This document shows positions 45,540-54,620 of a stretch of 64,000 nt of DNA, one piece after another. Made by a program: the position numbers and the translations under genes. The notes beneath the pieces are model-generated. The model worked only from the letters and a program-made list of their open reading frames with translations. It ran no database searches and had not been told where the DNA came from. Each line of letters opens with the position of its first letter. The stretch's first letter is position 1. Source of the DNA: a virus (taxonomy: Duplodnaviria > Caudoviricetes); the IMG/VR virus record IMGVR_UViG_2824317532_000002, positions 24,871 through 88,870 of that record. One strand, 5' to 3'.

Positions 45540-45607
45540 CCCTTCAACGTCAACCCCTCGCGCTGGTCGCGGGGGGTTTTCTCATGCCCCAAGGAGGCGG
45601 CCCTCTC

Positions 45608-46609
45608 GTGGCAATCACCTACTTCCCGTTCGATGACGTCGACACCAACGAAGACCAGTACTCCCAGCTCTTCCGCGAACTGCAGGACTCGGGTGTCGCC
45701 GCGTCGCACGGCTCGAACTCCTTCCAGGTCGGCGCGAACGCTTCCGGCATGACGGTCACCGTCCAGGCCGGCTTCGCGATCCTGCGTGGCCACGCCATCC
45801 TCTCCACGGCGGTCGAGTCGCTCACCGTCGCCGCCGCGAGCACGTCGGCCCGCATCGACCGGATCGTCCTGCGCCTGGATCCTGGTGCCAACAAGATCAG
45901 CCTGGCGATCCTGCAGGGCACCGCCGGTTCAGGCGTGGCGCCCACGCTGACCCAGACCGACACCGGCCTTTTCGAGATCTCGCTGGCGACCGTGACGGTC
46001 GGCGCTTCGGTCGGCTCGATCGCCGCGTCGGCGGTCACCGACACTCGCCAGTTCGTCGGTTCCCGTGTCGGCACGTGGACTTCGTCGACCCGGCCGGCCG
46101 GCCCCCGCAAGGGCAAGCTCGGCTTCAACGATGAGACCGGTCTGTGGGAGTTTTTCAACGGAACCACGTGGGCGAACCTGACCACGTCCTGGTCCTCGAT
46201 CACCGGAGCCCCGGCCACCTTCACACCCACAGCGCACACGCACGCCTGGACGGACCTGTCCGGCGTTGCGCCGGCCGCGAAGTTGCCGGTCGGCACCGCC
46301 TCGGGCACGGTCGCGGCTGGCGACCACCACCACGACCAACTCACCCGCCTACCGAACCGGGTCAAGTTCGGCCGAACGCTGATCACCCCGACCGCTGCGA
46401 ACGTCACCACCTCCGAGATGGTCACCTGGAGCAACAGCCCGCCGGTCATCACGGAGGCTCCGGTCGTCCTCCTCACCGCGGACTCGTCTGCCCCTAGCGT
46501 GATCACCGGCCTCACGGTCAGCGGCCCGAGCACCACCGGCTTCCAGATCAACCTGATCCGCACCAACACCGTCGCCACCTATGTCAACTGGGTGGCGGTG
46601 TGGCCGTGA
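45608..46609 (+). CDS. Minor tail protein
   Basis: ITYFPFD, RIDRIVLRLD, HTHAWTDL fibre motif; AAGGAGG RBS. Confidence 0.8.
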   Translation: MAITYFPFDDVDTNEDQYSQLFRELQDSGVAASHGSNSFQVGANASGMTVTVQAGFAILRGHAILSTAVESLTVAAASTSARIDRIVLRLDPGANKISLAILQGTAGSGVAPTLTQTDTGLFEISLATVTVGASVGSIAASAVTDTRQFVGSRVGTWTSSTRPAGPRKGKLGFNDETGLWEFFNGTTWANLTTSWSSITGAPATFTPTAHTHAWTDLSGVAPAAKLPVGTASGTVAAGDHHHDQLTRLPNRVKFGRTLITPTAANVTTSEMVTWSNSPPVITEAPVVLLTADSSAPSVITGLTVSGPSTTGFQINLIRTNTVATYVNWVAVWP

Positions 46610-46884
46610 TCGCCGCCCTGGAAGCGCCTGTTCAGGCGGCCATCGTCACTGCGGCCGGCACCGTCATCGTCGCCCTGCTCGGCCTCGGCCTGGAGTTCAT
46701 GCGTCGCAGCCACAAGCGGATCGGCGAGGTCCGGGAGCAGGTCGCCAACTCGCACAAGACCAACCTGCGCGACGACATCGACCGCGTCCTCGACGGCATT
46801 GACGGGCTCCGCCAGGAGATCCGCCACGAGCGGGCCGAGCGGCTGGCGCTGGAGAACCGCGTCGACCGGCTGGCCGAGAAGTGA
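46600..46884 (+). CDS. Small membrane protein (DUF2746-like, lysis-associated)
   Basis: One TM segment plus EQVANSHKTNLRDDID coiled coil. Confidence 0.7.
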   Translation: MAVIAALEAPVQAAIVTAAGTVIVALLGLGLEFMRRSHKRIGEVREQVANSHKTNLRDDIDRVLDGIDGLRQEIRHERAERLALENRVDRLAEK

Positions 46885-47279
46885 CCCGCCCGAGCTGGGA
46901 CGTGTACTACCTCGGCATCGCTGCGGCCGTGGCCGCCCGCGCCGACTGCACTCGCCGCCAAGTTGGCGCGATCGTCGTGCAAGGCGACCGGATCGCTGGC
47001 ACCGGGTACAACGGTGCACCTGCAGGAGTCCCCGGCTGCTTGTCAGCCGGGGCCTGCCCGCGTGGGCGACTCACCGCCGAACAGCTCGCGCCTGGTTCGA
47101 GCTACGACACCGGGGCCGGGAGCTGCCATGCGCTTCACGCCGAGCAGAACGCGGTGCTGCGCGCCGGCTACGACGGCTGCCGCGGCTCCACCCTCTACCT
47201 GACGCATCCCCCGTGCGACGGTTGCGCCCGCCTGATCGCGGGAGCCGGGATCGCCCGCGTCGTCGTCCCTCAGGAGTAG
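46881..47279 (+). CDS. dCMP deaminase
   Basis: RPSWDVYYL, RADCTRRQVGA, GYNGAP, HAEQNA, PCDGC. Confidence 0.92.
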   Translation: MTRPSWDVYYLGIAAAVAARADCTRRQVGAIVVQGDRIAGTGYNGAPAGVPGCLSAGACPRGRLTAEQLAPGSSYDTGAGSCHALHAEQNAVLRAGYDGCRGSTLYLTHPPCDGCARLIAGAGIARVVVPQE

Positions 47280-47282
47280 CCC

Positions 47283-48938
47283 GTGGCATTTCCGCCTTCC
47301 CTGATCACCCGCGCCGTGTACGGCCGATTCCTGGCCTACCCGGAAGGAGTTCCCGCCAAGGGCAGCGTCGCGTTCAAGAGCACCGAACTCCTGCAAGGCC
47401 CGGCGGATGGCGCGTTCGTGGCGCCCATCGACGCCAAGGTGCCGCTCGATGAGGGCGAGTTCGTTGTCCTGCTCCCCGCCACCGATGACCCGGACTGGAC
47501 CCCCGCCGGGTGGACGTACACGGTTACCGTCACGGTCAACGGCAAGACGTTCAAGGCCCCCCTTGAGCTTCCAGTCTCCGGACCCGCTGAGGTCGACCTG
47601 GCTGCCGTGCTCAATCTGGGCGCGGCTCCTGGGCCGGCCACCTTCTACATCCCTGCAGCGGCCAAGGGTGCGCCTGGCGGTGTTGCCGAGCTGGGCGAGG
47701 ACGGCACCCTGCTGCGCTCACAGCTTCCGGACATCACTGCCGGGTCGGTGGATTGGGACAGCGTCGCAGGCAAGCCGACGAGCTTCCCGCCGATCGAGCA
47801 CACCCACCTCTGGGGTGAGGTCGCAGGACTCGGTGCCGAGCTGTCCGCGAAGGCGGACGCCGGCTCGGTGTCCACCTCGCTGGCGGCCAAGGCGGACCTG
47901 GTCGGTGGGGTTATTCCGACATCGCAGATTCCGGCTATCGCGACCACCGAATTCCTCGGCACTGTCGCAAGCCAGTCAGCAATGCTGGCCCTGTCCGGCC
48001 AGGCTGGCGACTTCGCAATACGGTCGGACCGTGGCTCGACCTGGGTCATCGCGGGTGCAACACCGAGCCAGCTCTCCTCGTGGGTGGAGCTGCCGAGCCC
48101 GACCGCACCGGTCACCTCGGTCAACTCGCAGACCGGTGTCATCGTGCTCGGCAAGGGCGACGTTGGGCTGGGCAACGCGGACAACACCCCGGACATCAGC
48201 AAGCCGATTTCGGCCGCAACCCAGTCAGCCCTGAACGCCAAGGCTGACGCCGCCACCCTGGCGAACTACGCGACGAGCAGCTCGGTAACGAGCGGCCTGT
48301 CGGGCAAGGCCGATTCCAACCACACCCACGCAGCCGCACAGGTGACCGGCCTGTCCGCCGTGGCGACCAGTGGCTCGTACAACGACCTGTCGGACAAGCC
48401 CTCCGGCCTGTCCTCCCCGTCTGTTTTCACGCCGGCCGATCACGGCCTGCTGGCGTGGAACTTCGATCCGATCATGACCACGGGCGGGGTCGTCGCTGTA
48501 GGCGGCACCCTGTACGTGATGCGGATCCAGCTCGCGTCACCCGCGACGATCTCCAACATTCTCATGTACGTCACCGCTGCGGGCGCGACACTCACGGCCA
48601 ACCAGTGCTGGGCGGGCCTCTATGACAGCGCCGGGAACCTGCTCTCGGCTACAGCCCAGCAGGCCACGAACTGGCAGACGACCGGGCTGAAAACGATGGC
48701 CCTGGCCGCGCCCCAGTCCGTCCCCGCCGGAACCTGCTACGTCGGCGTCTACGGCACCGGCACGACGCTCCCGCAGTTCACCCGGGGTAGCAACGTGGTG
48801 GCCGCAGCGCTCAACGCCAACCTGACCAGCCCCGCGTATCGATGGGCGACCGCGAACACGGGCCTGACAACCGCGCTGCCCTCGACTCTCGGGTCTCGCG
48901 CCCAGACCTCCAACTCGTACTGGGTCGCTCTCTCCTAA
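47283..48938 (+). CDS. Tail fibre/receptor-binding-like protein
   Basis: LPATDDPD..P.GWTY, GAPGGVAEL, VTSVNSQTG, DVGLGNADNT.D.SKP, VATSGSYNDLSDKP. Confidence 0.75.
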   Translation: MAFPPSLITRAVYGRFLAYPEGVPAKGSVAFKSTELLQGPADGAFVAPIDAKVPLDEGEFVVLLPATDDPDWTPAGWTYTVTVTVNGKTFKAPLELPVSGPAEVDLAAVLNLGAAPGPATFYIPAAAKGAPGGVAELGEDGTLLRSQLPDITAGSVDWDSVAGKPTSFPPIEHTHLWGEVAGLGAELSAKADAGSVSTSLAAKADLVGGVIPTSQIPAIATTEFLGTVASQSAMLALSGQAGDFAIRSDRGSTWVIAGATPSQLSSWVELPSPTAPVTSVNSQTGVIVLGKGDVGLGNADNTPDISKPISAATQSALNAKADAATLANYATSSSVTSGLSGKADSNHTHAAAQVTGLSAVATSGSYNDLSDKPSGLSSPSVFTPADHGLLAWNFDPIMTTGGVVAVGGTLYVMRIQLASPATISNILMYVTAAGATLTANQCWAGLYDSAGNLLSATAQQATNWQTTGLKTMALAAPQSVPAGTCYVGVYGTGTTLPQFTRGSNVVAAALNANLTSPAYRWATANTGLTTALPSTLGSRAQTSNSYWVALS

Positions 48939-49007
48939 TCCTCACCAAACGAGCCCCGCCTGCGATGCGCAGGCGGGGCTTTCTGCATGCCCAAGGAGGC
49001 ATCCCCC

Positions 49008-49799
49008 GTGCCCACTTCCCAGAACGGCTGGTCCGCCGGATCCAAGACTGCGATCGGCGGACTGGACAACCGATACGTTCCCGGCACCAAGGTCAGGGTC
49101 GCCCCTGGCGTCCGCAAGGGCGACGCGGCCACGGTCCTCTTCTACGTCGCCGAGCAGTTCAACCTGCACGTCGAGAAGCTCAAGCCCGGCTGGTGCTGGG
49201 GCTACAACTACCGGGGCATCCGGGGCGCGACCAGCCTCAGCAACCACGCGTCGGGCACCGCCATCGACCTGAACGCGCCCACCCACGGACTCGGCGCGAC
49301 GGGAACCTTCACCGAGAAGCAGCTCGCGGCGATCCGGAAGATCCTCGCGTTCTGCGAGGGCGTCGTTCGGGCTGGCGTCTTCTACAAGGGCAGGCCGGAT
49401 CCGATGCACTTCGAGCTGGTCGGGACTCCGGCGCAGGTCGCCCGCATCGCCCGCAAGATCCGCGCCCTGAACGAGCCGAAGGCGTCGATCCCGAAGCCGG
49501 TCGCCCCCGCCAAGCCGATCACCGCTCCCGCGAAGCCGGCTGCCCTGGCGGTCGACGGTGACCTCGGTCCGACCACGGTCCAGCGCTGGCATCAGGTAAT
49601 GGGCCTCGCGGTCTCCGGCAAGGTCGACGCCGTGCTGGTCAAGGCCGTGCAGGGCCGACTCGGCGTGAAGGTCGACGGCGACCTGGGGCCGATCACCATC
49701 AAGGCGCTCCAGCGACGCCTGGATGTCAAGGCGGATGGCGACCTGGGCCCGACCACCGTGAAGGCGCTCCAGCGGCGCCTCAACACCGGCAAGTTCTGA
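49008..49799 (+). CDS. Endolysin: M15 peptidase plus peptidoglycan-binding repeats
   Basis: SQNGW, WGYNYR, SNHASGTAIDLNA, DPMHFE; three DGDLGP repeats. Confidence 0.9.
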   Translation: MPTSQNGWSAGSKTAIGGLDNRYVPGTKVRVAPGVRKGDAATVLFYVAEQFNLHVEKLKPGWCWGYNYRGIRGATSLSNHASGTAIDLNAPTHGLGATGTFTEKQLAAIRKILAFCEGVVRAGVFYKGRPDPMHFELVGTPAQVARIARKIRALNEPKASIPKPVAPAKPITAPAKPAALAVDGDLGPTTVQRWHQVMGLAVSGKVDAVLVKAVQGRLGVKVDGDLGPITIKALQRRLDVKADGDLGPTTVKALQRRLNTGKF

Positions 49800-49816
49800 T
49801 CAAGGAGGATTTCCCC

Positions 49817-50125
49817 GTGAACGACTCGACCCGGCGGACCATCCGGACCGCCTTCCAGGTCACCCTGTCCGTCGCCTCAATCCTGCTCGTCGCCGTTCCG
49901 GCCGCTCTCTCGGCCGCCGAGCAGACTCTCTCCCCCGAGCAGTACGCCGCCGTAGCGGGCGTCGCCGCGTCGATCGTGGCCGTTGCGACCGCCGTCACCC
50001 GAGCCATGCACAGTGACGTGGTGGTGGGCCTGATCCAGACCTACGCGCCGTGGCTGTCGGCGGCCTCCGCCCCGGAGGCCCACGTCGAGGAGTCGGCCGG
50101 GGAAGACTTCCCGCTCGACGCCTGA
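49817..50125 (+). CDS. Holin
   Basis: RRTIRTAFQ plus two TM segments, after the endolysin. Confidence 0.8.
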   Translation: MNDSTRRTIRTAFQVTLSVASILLVAVPAALSAAEQTLSPEQYAAVAGVAASIVAVATAVTRAMHSDVVVGLIQTYAPWLSAASAPEAHVEESAGEDFPLDA

Positions 50126-50132
50126 CATGAGT

Positions 50133-50171
50133 AAACGCCCCGCTGGCCTTGATGGCTGGCGGGGCGCTTTC
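50133..50171. terminator. Terminator hairpin between convergent genes
   Basis: CGCCCCGCTGGCC...GGCTGGCGGGGCG followed by CTTT. Confidence 0.65.
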
Positions 50172-50178
50172 ATTGTTT

Positions 50179-50514
50179 CTACAGGGTCCCGTCCTGCTTG
50201 CCCTGTTCGATCTCCTCCATCGTCATGGCGCGCGATGTCCGCTTGCGGGGTGAGGCTGGCCGGGATGCCGCCTTGCTCGCCTTGGCCGGGGCACGCTTCA
50301 CGATCGGCTGTTCAGGCTCGGGGGACGAGAATGCCGGGGCGGCGGGCTTGCTGGCCGGGGCTCGCTTGCCCCCGGTTTCCAGTGCCTTCCGGAACGGCTC
50401 GGCGTGCTCATCACAGAGAACGATGGGAACAGTCCGCGTCCCGTCGCTGATCTCGAAGTCCGTCACGGATTTGCCGGCAGAGAAGCAGACATCGCAGACA
50501 ATGATGGTGGCCAC
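50179..50514 (-). CDS. Lsr2-dimerisation-domain-like protein
   Basis: FEISDGTRTVPIVLCDEHAEPFRKALE resembles the Lsr2 N-terminal YEIDLSxxHAxxLRxAL. Confidence 0.5.
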   Translation of the reverse strand: MATIIVCDVCFSAGKSVTDFEISDGTRTVPIVLCDEHAEPFRKALETGGKRAPASKPAAPAFSSPEPEQPIVKRAPAKASKAASRPASPRKRTSRAMTMEEIEQGKQDGTL

Positions 50515-50662
50515 GGCGTTCCTTGCTGATGCGATGTGACGGGACGATAGGGATGTTACCGCCCGGCCGTGTTGACACGGAGTCGGCAGCCATGCAACTG
50601 TTTAGTCGTGGCTTCACCGCCGCGCGTCGGACTTCTTTAAACACCGGAAGCAGGAGAGGACC

Positions 50663-51124
50663 ATGCCCGCAAGCAAGATCCAGAACGTGGATGAGGCCAG
50701 GCGCTGGATCCTGGAAGGGCAGACCTACGCGTGGATCATCGAGCAGTACCGGAACAAGTACAACATCGAGACCACCGAAGGCATGTGGACCAACTTCCGG
50801 CGTCGGCAGGGGCTGCCCGGTCGGCGCGTCCGCAACGCGGACCTCGTCCCTTGGCGCGTGAAGGTGGAGCACTCGGCTCACTACTACCTGCAGATGCTCC
50901 GGTTCAGGGCTCGCGAGCTGGCTGGGACTTCGCTCAACGAGCGGGAAGAGCACCGAGTCAGGACCTTCGAGCGGTCTTTGACCGCGGACGGTCAAGATCT
51001 GGTTGTGCACTACGACCGCGAAACTAAGGCTGGATTCTTCCTGGTCCCGCGTCGACCGGGCGTCGACAAGAGCTGGATTCGCGAGCCCGATTCCACGGTC
51101 GAACGCGGCAAGTCGTACGACTGA
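50663..51124 (+). CDS. Immunity repressor (L5 gp71/BD-type)
   Basis: KIQNVDEARRWILEGQTYAWI, LVPWRVKVEH...LQMLR, VVHYD..T..GF.LVPRR..D; upstream TTGACA (50572-50577) and operator (50599-50607). Confidence 0.85.
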   Translation: MPASKIQNVDEARRWILEGQTYAWIIEQYRNKYNIETTEGMWTNFRRRQGLPGRRVRNADLVPWRVKVEHSAHYYLQMLRFRARELAGTSLNEREEHRVRTFERSLTADGQDLVVHYDRETKAGFFLVPRRPGVDKSWIREPDSTVERGKSYD

Positions 51125-51139
51125 TCCGAGATGCAGTTG

Positions 51140-51168
51140 AGCCCCGGCTGAATGGCCGGGGCTTTGTT
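51140..51168 (+). terminator. Intrinsic terminator after the repressor
   Basis: AGCCCCGGC...GCCGGGGCT TTGTT. Confidence 0.7.
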
Positions 51169-51178
51169 GTGTTCAGCG

Positions 51179-51559
51179 TCAGAGGACGTAGGCGAGGCTG
51201 GCGCAGCAAAGGGCGAAGGTCCCGGCGATGGCCCCGATGAACTCCAGGATGCCACGGTTTGCTTGCCTCGGCAGCGCCGAGTGACGCTCGGTGTCGAGGT
51301 CACTGATGGCCGGCTGGAAGTAGGGCCCACGCTGCAGGATGATCGGGGCCTGCGGCGGAAGGGCTTCATGTACCCAGTGGGCAACCAGGTCGTTGTGGGC
51401 CGCGGGCAGGACAGCATGGATAGCGCTCCGCGCTCCCCGGGGATTGAGGGCCGGGTTGAGAATGAGGACCCGCTCGTCGGGGATGCAGAAACAGTCGACG
51501 CCTACCTCAGCGCGCATGACCTTCACGGTGACACTCCCTGCCTGCTGGGTGATCCGCAT
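51179..51559 (-). CDS. Hypothetical protein with C-terminal TM segment
   Basis: ORF only; weak support. Confidence 0.35.
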   Translation of the reverse strand: MRITQQAGSVTVKVMRAEVGVDCFCIPDERVLILNPALNPRGARSAIHAVLPAAHNDLVAHWVHEALPPQAPIILQRGPYFQPAISDLDTERHSALPRQANRGILEFIGAIAGTFALCCASLAYVL

Positions 51560-51659
51560 TTCGGGACACCGCGTGCATAAGGTACCAGCGCCTTGAGGAC
51601 TCGTGATCAGCCGAACGGTCTGTGAGCTGGCCGTTTAGGACGTATCTCGTACACCCGTT

Positions 51660-52040
51660 CTAAGAAGTTTTGCGCATCGACTGCACGAGGGCCGCGATTT
51701 GGGCGCGCTGCTCCGGCGTCAACTCCTGGACGCTGGCCATCAGATAGGCGGAGTCGGTGTCGGGCATCGCACCCCCGTAGACGTAATACCCGGTGGCTGC
51801 CTCGGCTGCCCGCAGCACGGTCTGGTACCCCTCGGGGGTGGTTAGCCCGAGCCCCGTCGCCAGCCGGCGCAGCGTGTCGGGTGCGGGCATGGCCTTGAGT
51901 TCTCGGGTGGCCAGGGCCTGAACCGTCGCCCGGCCCAGGCCCGCCTTGCGGCCGATGCTGGAGTATCCGTCGCCGGTGGCGTCCATGTGCTGCCGGATGA
52001 GCTGCGCCAGCGGGTTAGAGGGAGTGGTCGCCTCCGGCAT
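51660..52040 (-). CDS. XRE-like HTH regulator
   Basis: GYSSIGRKAGLGRATVQALA...PAPDTLRRLATGLGL; divergent from the replication arm. Confidence 0.75.
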   Translation of the reverse strand: MPEATTPSNPLAQLIRQHMDATGDGYSSIGRKAGLGRATVQALATRELKAMPAPDTLRRLATGLGLTTPEGYQTVLRAAEAATGYYVYGGAMPDTDSAYLMASVQELTPEQRAQIAALVQSMRKTS

Positions 52041-52318
52041 TGAGCCCTGTTCCCCCAGCTTGCGCGCCCGTGTTGCTTCGTTCACAGGATAGGGCAGTAG
52101 GGCCCGACTCCGCTCCCGGCCGTTCGGTCCGCAACTGCGAGTCGCATCGTGTCAACTGCCAGTAGACAAAATTGCTTCGCGTCCTTTACTGTTACGCCCT
52201 CGTCACAGCTAGGCAGGGGACGCCGCAAGCTGACGGGTTGGTGGCGCGGAACACGTTGGGGAACGGTTCAGTACGCGCTACAACTTTGCGGGTATAGAGT
52301 AAACATGGGAGCATCGCT

Positions 52319-52555
52319 GTGCGTATTCACGAAACAACGGACGGCCTCGCCACGCTCAGGATCGACCATGAGACGTGGGAGCTGTGGCTTGACGTGAGGT
52401 ACGAGGACGCAACGCCGGACACCTGGGGAGAGGTTTTCCGAGTCTGCGACGAAGAGGGCCTCTACATCGTGGACACCGACGAGTGCCCGCTGAAAGCGGT
52501 CGACGACGAGACCGACCGCCTGACCCTGAGCTACAAGGAGCCAAGGGATTGCTGA
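52319..52555 (+). CDS. Hypothetical acidic protein
   Basis: GGGAG RBS; first gene of the rightward arm. Confidence 0.6.
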   Translation: MRIHETTDGLATLRIDHETWELWLDVRYEDATPDTWGEVFRVCDEEGLYIVDTDECPLKAVDDETDRLTLSYKEPRDC

Positions 52556-53478
52556 ACCTCTACAGCCCGAGCGACATCAGTCAGGGCCTCGACGACGGGC
52601 CATCCATCCCGCGAGACCAGTGGGGCCGCCCCCTGGTAGTGCCGAAGCAGGGCGGCTCTCCTGTCCCGCTGGTTCGCACGACCACGCTAGTCGACGTGAT
52701 CGACGACAAGAGCAAGATCATCGACTACAACAAGCGTATGGTCCTGCTCGGCGGCGCGTTCATGGCCAACGAGGCAGGCTACGTGCGCAGCCTCGACCCG
52801 GAGGACCCGGCCGACAAGCGGATCCTCAACGACCTGGCGAAGCGGGCCGAGAGCCTTGCGGGCGCCAACGTCAAGCGGGACAAAGGCTCCCACCTTCACG
52901 CGCTGAGCGAGTACGTGGACCGCGGCGAGGAGCTGCCTACCTGTTCGGACCAGGACCGGATCGACATGGCTGCGTACAAGGCGGCGACGGCGATGCTCAA
53001 GGTCCGACACATCGAGCGGTTCGTGGTCATGCCCGAGCTGCAGGCCGGCGGCACGCCGGACAGGGTCTCGACCTACGACGGGCTTGCCCCGGACGGCGAG
53101 CTGGCGGGCGACCTGATCACCGATCTCAAGACCGGCAACATTGAATACGGCAAGCTCAAGATGGCGGCCCAGCTCGCCGGGTATGCGAACGGCGAGTTCT
53201 ACGACTGGTCGCTGTTCCCGGTGGACGCCGCGGACAAGAAGGCGTTCGCCGCCTGGAAGAAGCAGGGCTGGCTGCCCGAGGAGTCCGCCCAGGCGTACTC
53301 GCCGATCGGTGTGGTCAACCCTCGCTGGGGCCTGATCATGAACCTGCGGCCAGGTACCGGCCTGTGCACGCTGCACTGGATCGACCTGGCCAAGGGGTGG
53401 CGGGCGGCCCAGGCGGCACGGCACCTGTACGACCTGAGGCGCGACCAGCGGGTCTTCGTACCCTTTGTCAAGCCTTAG
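52549..53478 (+). CDS. PD-(D/E)XK (Cas4-like) exonuclease
   Basis: IPRDQWGRP, GSHLHALSE, GGTPDRV, ITDLKTG, QLAGYA. Confidence 0.85.
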   Translation: MLNLYSPSDISQGLDDGPSIPRDQWGRPLVVPKQGGSPVPLVRTTTLVDVIDDKSKIIDYNKRMVLLGGAFMANEAGYVRSLDPEDPADKRILNDLAKRAESLAGANVKRDKGSHLHALSEYVDRGEELPTCSDQDRIDMAAYKAATAMLKVRHIERFVVMPELQAGGTPDRVSTYDGLAPDGELAGDLITDLKTGNIEYGKLKMAAQLAGYANGEFYDWSLFPVDAADKKAFAAWKKQGWLPEESAQAYSPIGVVNPRWGLIMNLRPGTGLCTLHWIDLAKGWRAAQAARHLYDLRRDQRVFVPFVKP

Positions 53479-53578
53479 TGTTTAGTCATGACTGGCATCA
53501 CACCGGAATCGGTGGGCGACCGCTGATTCTGGTGTGTAGTCTAGTCCTAGCAAGAGCGCGAGAGAGGAAACGGCGCGA

Positions 53579-54073
53579 GTGAGCATCGACGACGAAGCCC
53601 CCGGCGGGGGAATCAGCGTCACCATCAAGTACGGCAAGGGGTTCGAGTCGACGTGGTCCGGGTTCAAGGGCTCGCTCCAGCAGGTCCGGGAGAACGTCGC
53701 CGAGTTCTTCGGCCTGGACCACGACATGGTCCAGGGCATGACGCTGGCCGAGGTGGTGCTGAACGCGACGAGCGTGGCCCACGGCCTGGGCAACGTGAGC
53801 GCGAGCATGGGTGGCCACGTCATCTCGACGTCCCCGTCATCCCCGGCTACGAGTCCAGCCCCGGCTGGCGACGTATGGGCCCAGGCCGGAGCCGCGAGCA
53901 AGCCGGCCGAGTCGAGCGTGTCGACCTGGCTCAAGGGCGAGATCGACAAGATCAAGGACGTCACCGCGCTCAAGCGGCTGTACGCGGAGAACAAGGCCGC
54001 GTTCGAGGCCGACACCGCGCTCACCGATCATTGGAAGGCCCAGGGCGCCGCCCTGAAAGCGGCCCAGGGTTGA
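53579..54073 (+). CDS. Conserved phage hypothetical protein
   Basis: VTIKYGKGFESTW..FKG; LKRLYAENKAAF. Confidence 0.7.
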   Translation: MSIDDEAPGGGISVTIKYGKGFESTWSGFKGSLQQVRENVAEFFGLDHDMVQGMTLAEVVLNATSVAHGLGNVSASMGGHVISTSPSSPATSPAPAGDVWAQAGAASKPAESSVSTWLKGEIDKIKDVTALKRLYAENKAAFEADTALTDHWKAQGAALKAAQG

Positions 54074-54149
54074 AGCCCGTCGGCGCTGTCCTCTGCATCT
54101 TCGTCCTGATGTACGTCCCGTTCGTGGCCACGCTGGAGCTGGTTTACGG

Positions 54150-54302
54150 GTGAGGGGCGACTGGTCGATCTTGCTCGGACTGCTCGCAATCGTGGCCATC
54201 ATCGGCTTCGCGATTTGGGCCAACTACGCCGCACCATGCGGCCTGTTCACCTTCGCCAGCACGGCCGACATCCCGGCCCGCTGCCTGTCTCACTTCTCCT
54301 GA
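54150..54302 (+). CDS. Small membrane protein
   Basis: WSILLGLLAIVAIIGFAIWANYAAPC...IPARC. Confidence 0.55.
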   Translation: MRGDWSILLGLLAIVAIIGFAIWANYAAPCGLFTFASTADIPARCLSHFS

Positions 54303-54319
54303 GAGGAGCCACCCAACCA

Positions 54320-54619
54320 GTGGCGATCACCGACATCTTCAAGACCACCTCCACCCCGGCCGAGCTGCCGTCCCTGACCGAGCGGGCCGCGAGTGCGGCG
54401 GGCCTCGCCGAGTACGCCGTACAGGCGTTCGCCACGGCGGCCGACGACCTGGACCAGGCTGCCCTGCAGCAGGACGACATCGCCACCACGGCGCAGGAGG
54501 ACATCGACGTGCTGACCGACCTGCGCGAGCACGCCACCAGCGAGGCCAGCCGGAACCGAAACCTCGCCGCGCAGATCCGGGGCGCGTTCGGCCTGGTCCG
54601 CCCCGGCCAGGAAGCCTGA
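54320..54619 (+). CDS. Helical hypothetical protein
   Basis: GAGGAG RBS before GTG. Confidence 0.6.
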   Translation: MAITDIFKTTSTPAELPSLTERAASAAGLAEYAVQAFATAADDLDQAALQQDDIATTAQEDIDVLTDLREHATSEASRNRNLAAQIRGAFGLVRPGQEA

Positions 54620-54620
54620 C

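Noticed and set aside
43293-48938. Diversity-generating retroelement or invertible tail-fibre switch
   Set aside because: No reverse transcriptase, template/variable repeat pair or invertase seen
52549-53478. Cas4 as part of a CRISPR system
   Set aside because: Standalone phage PD-(D/E)XK exonuclease in a replication arm; no array or cas1/cas2
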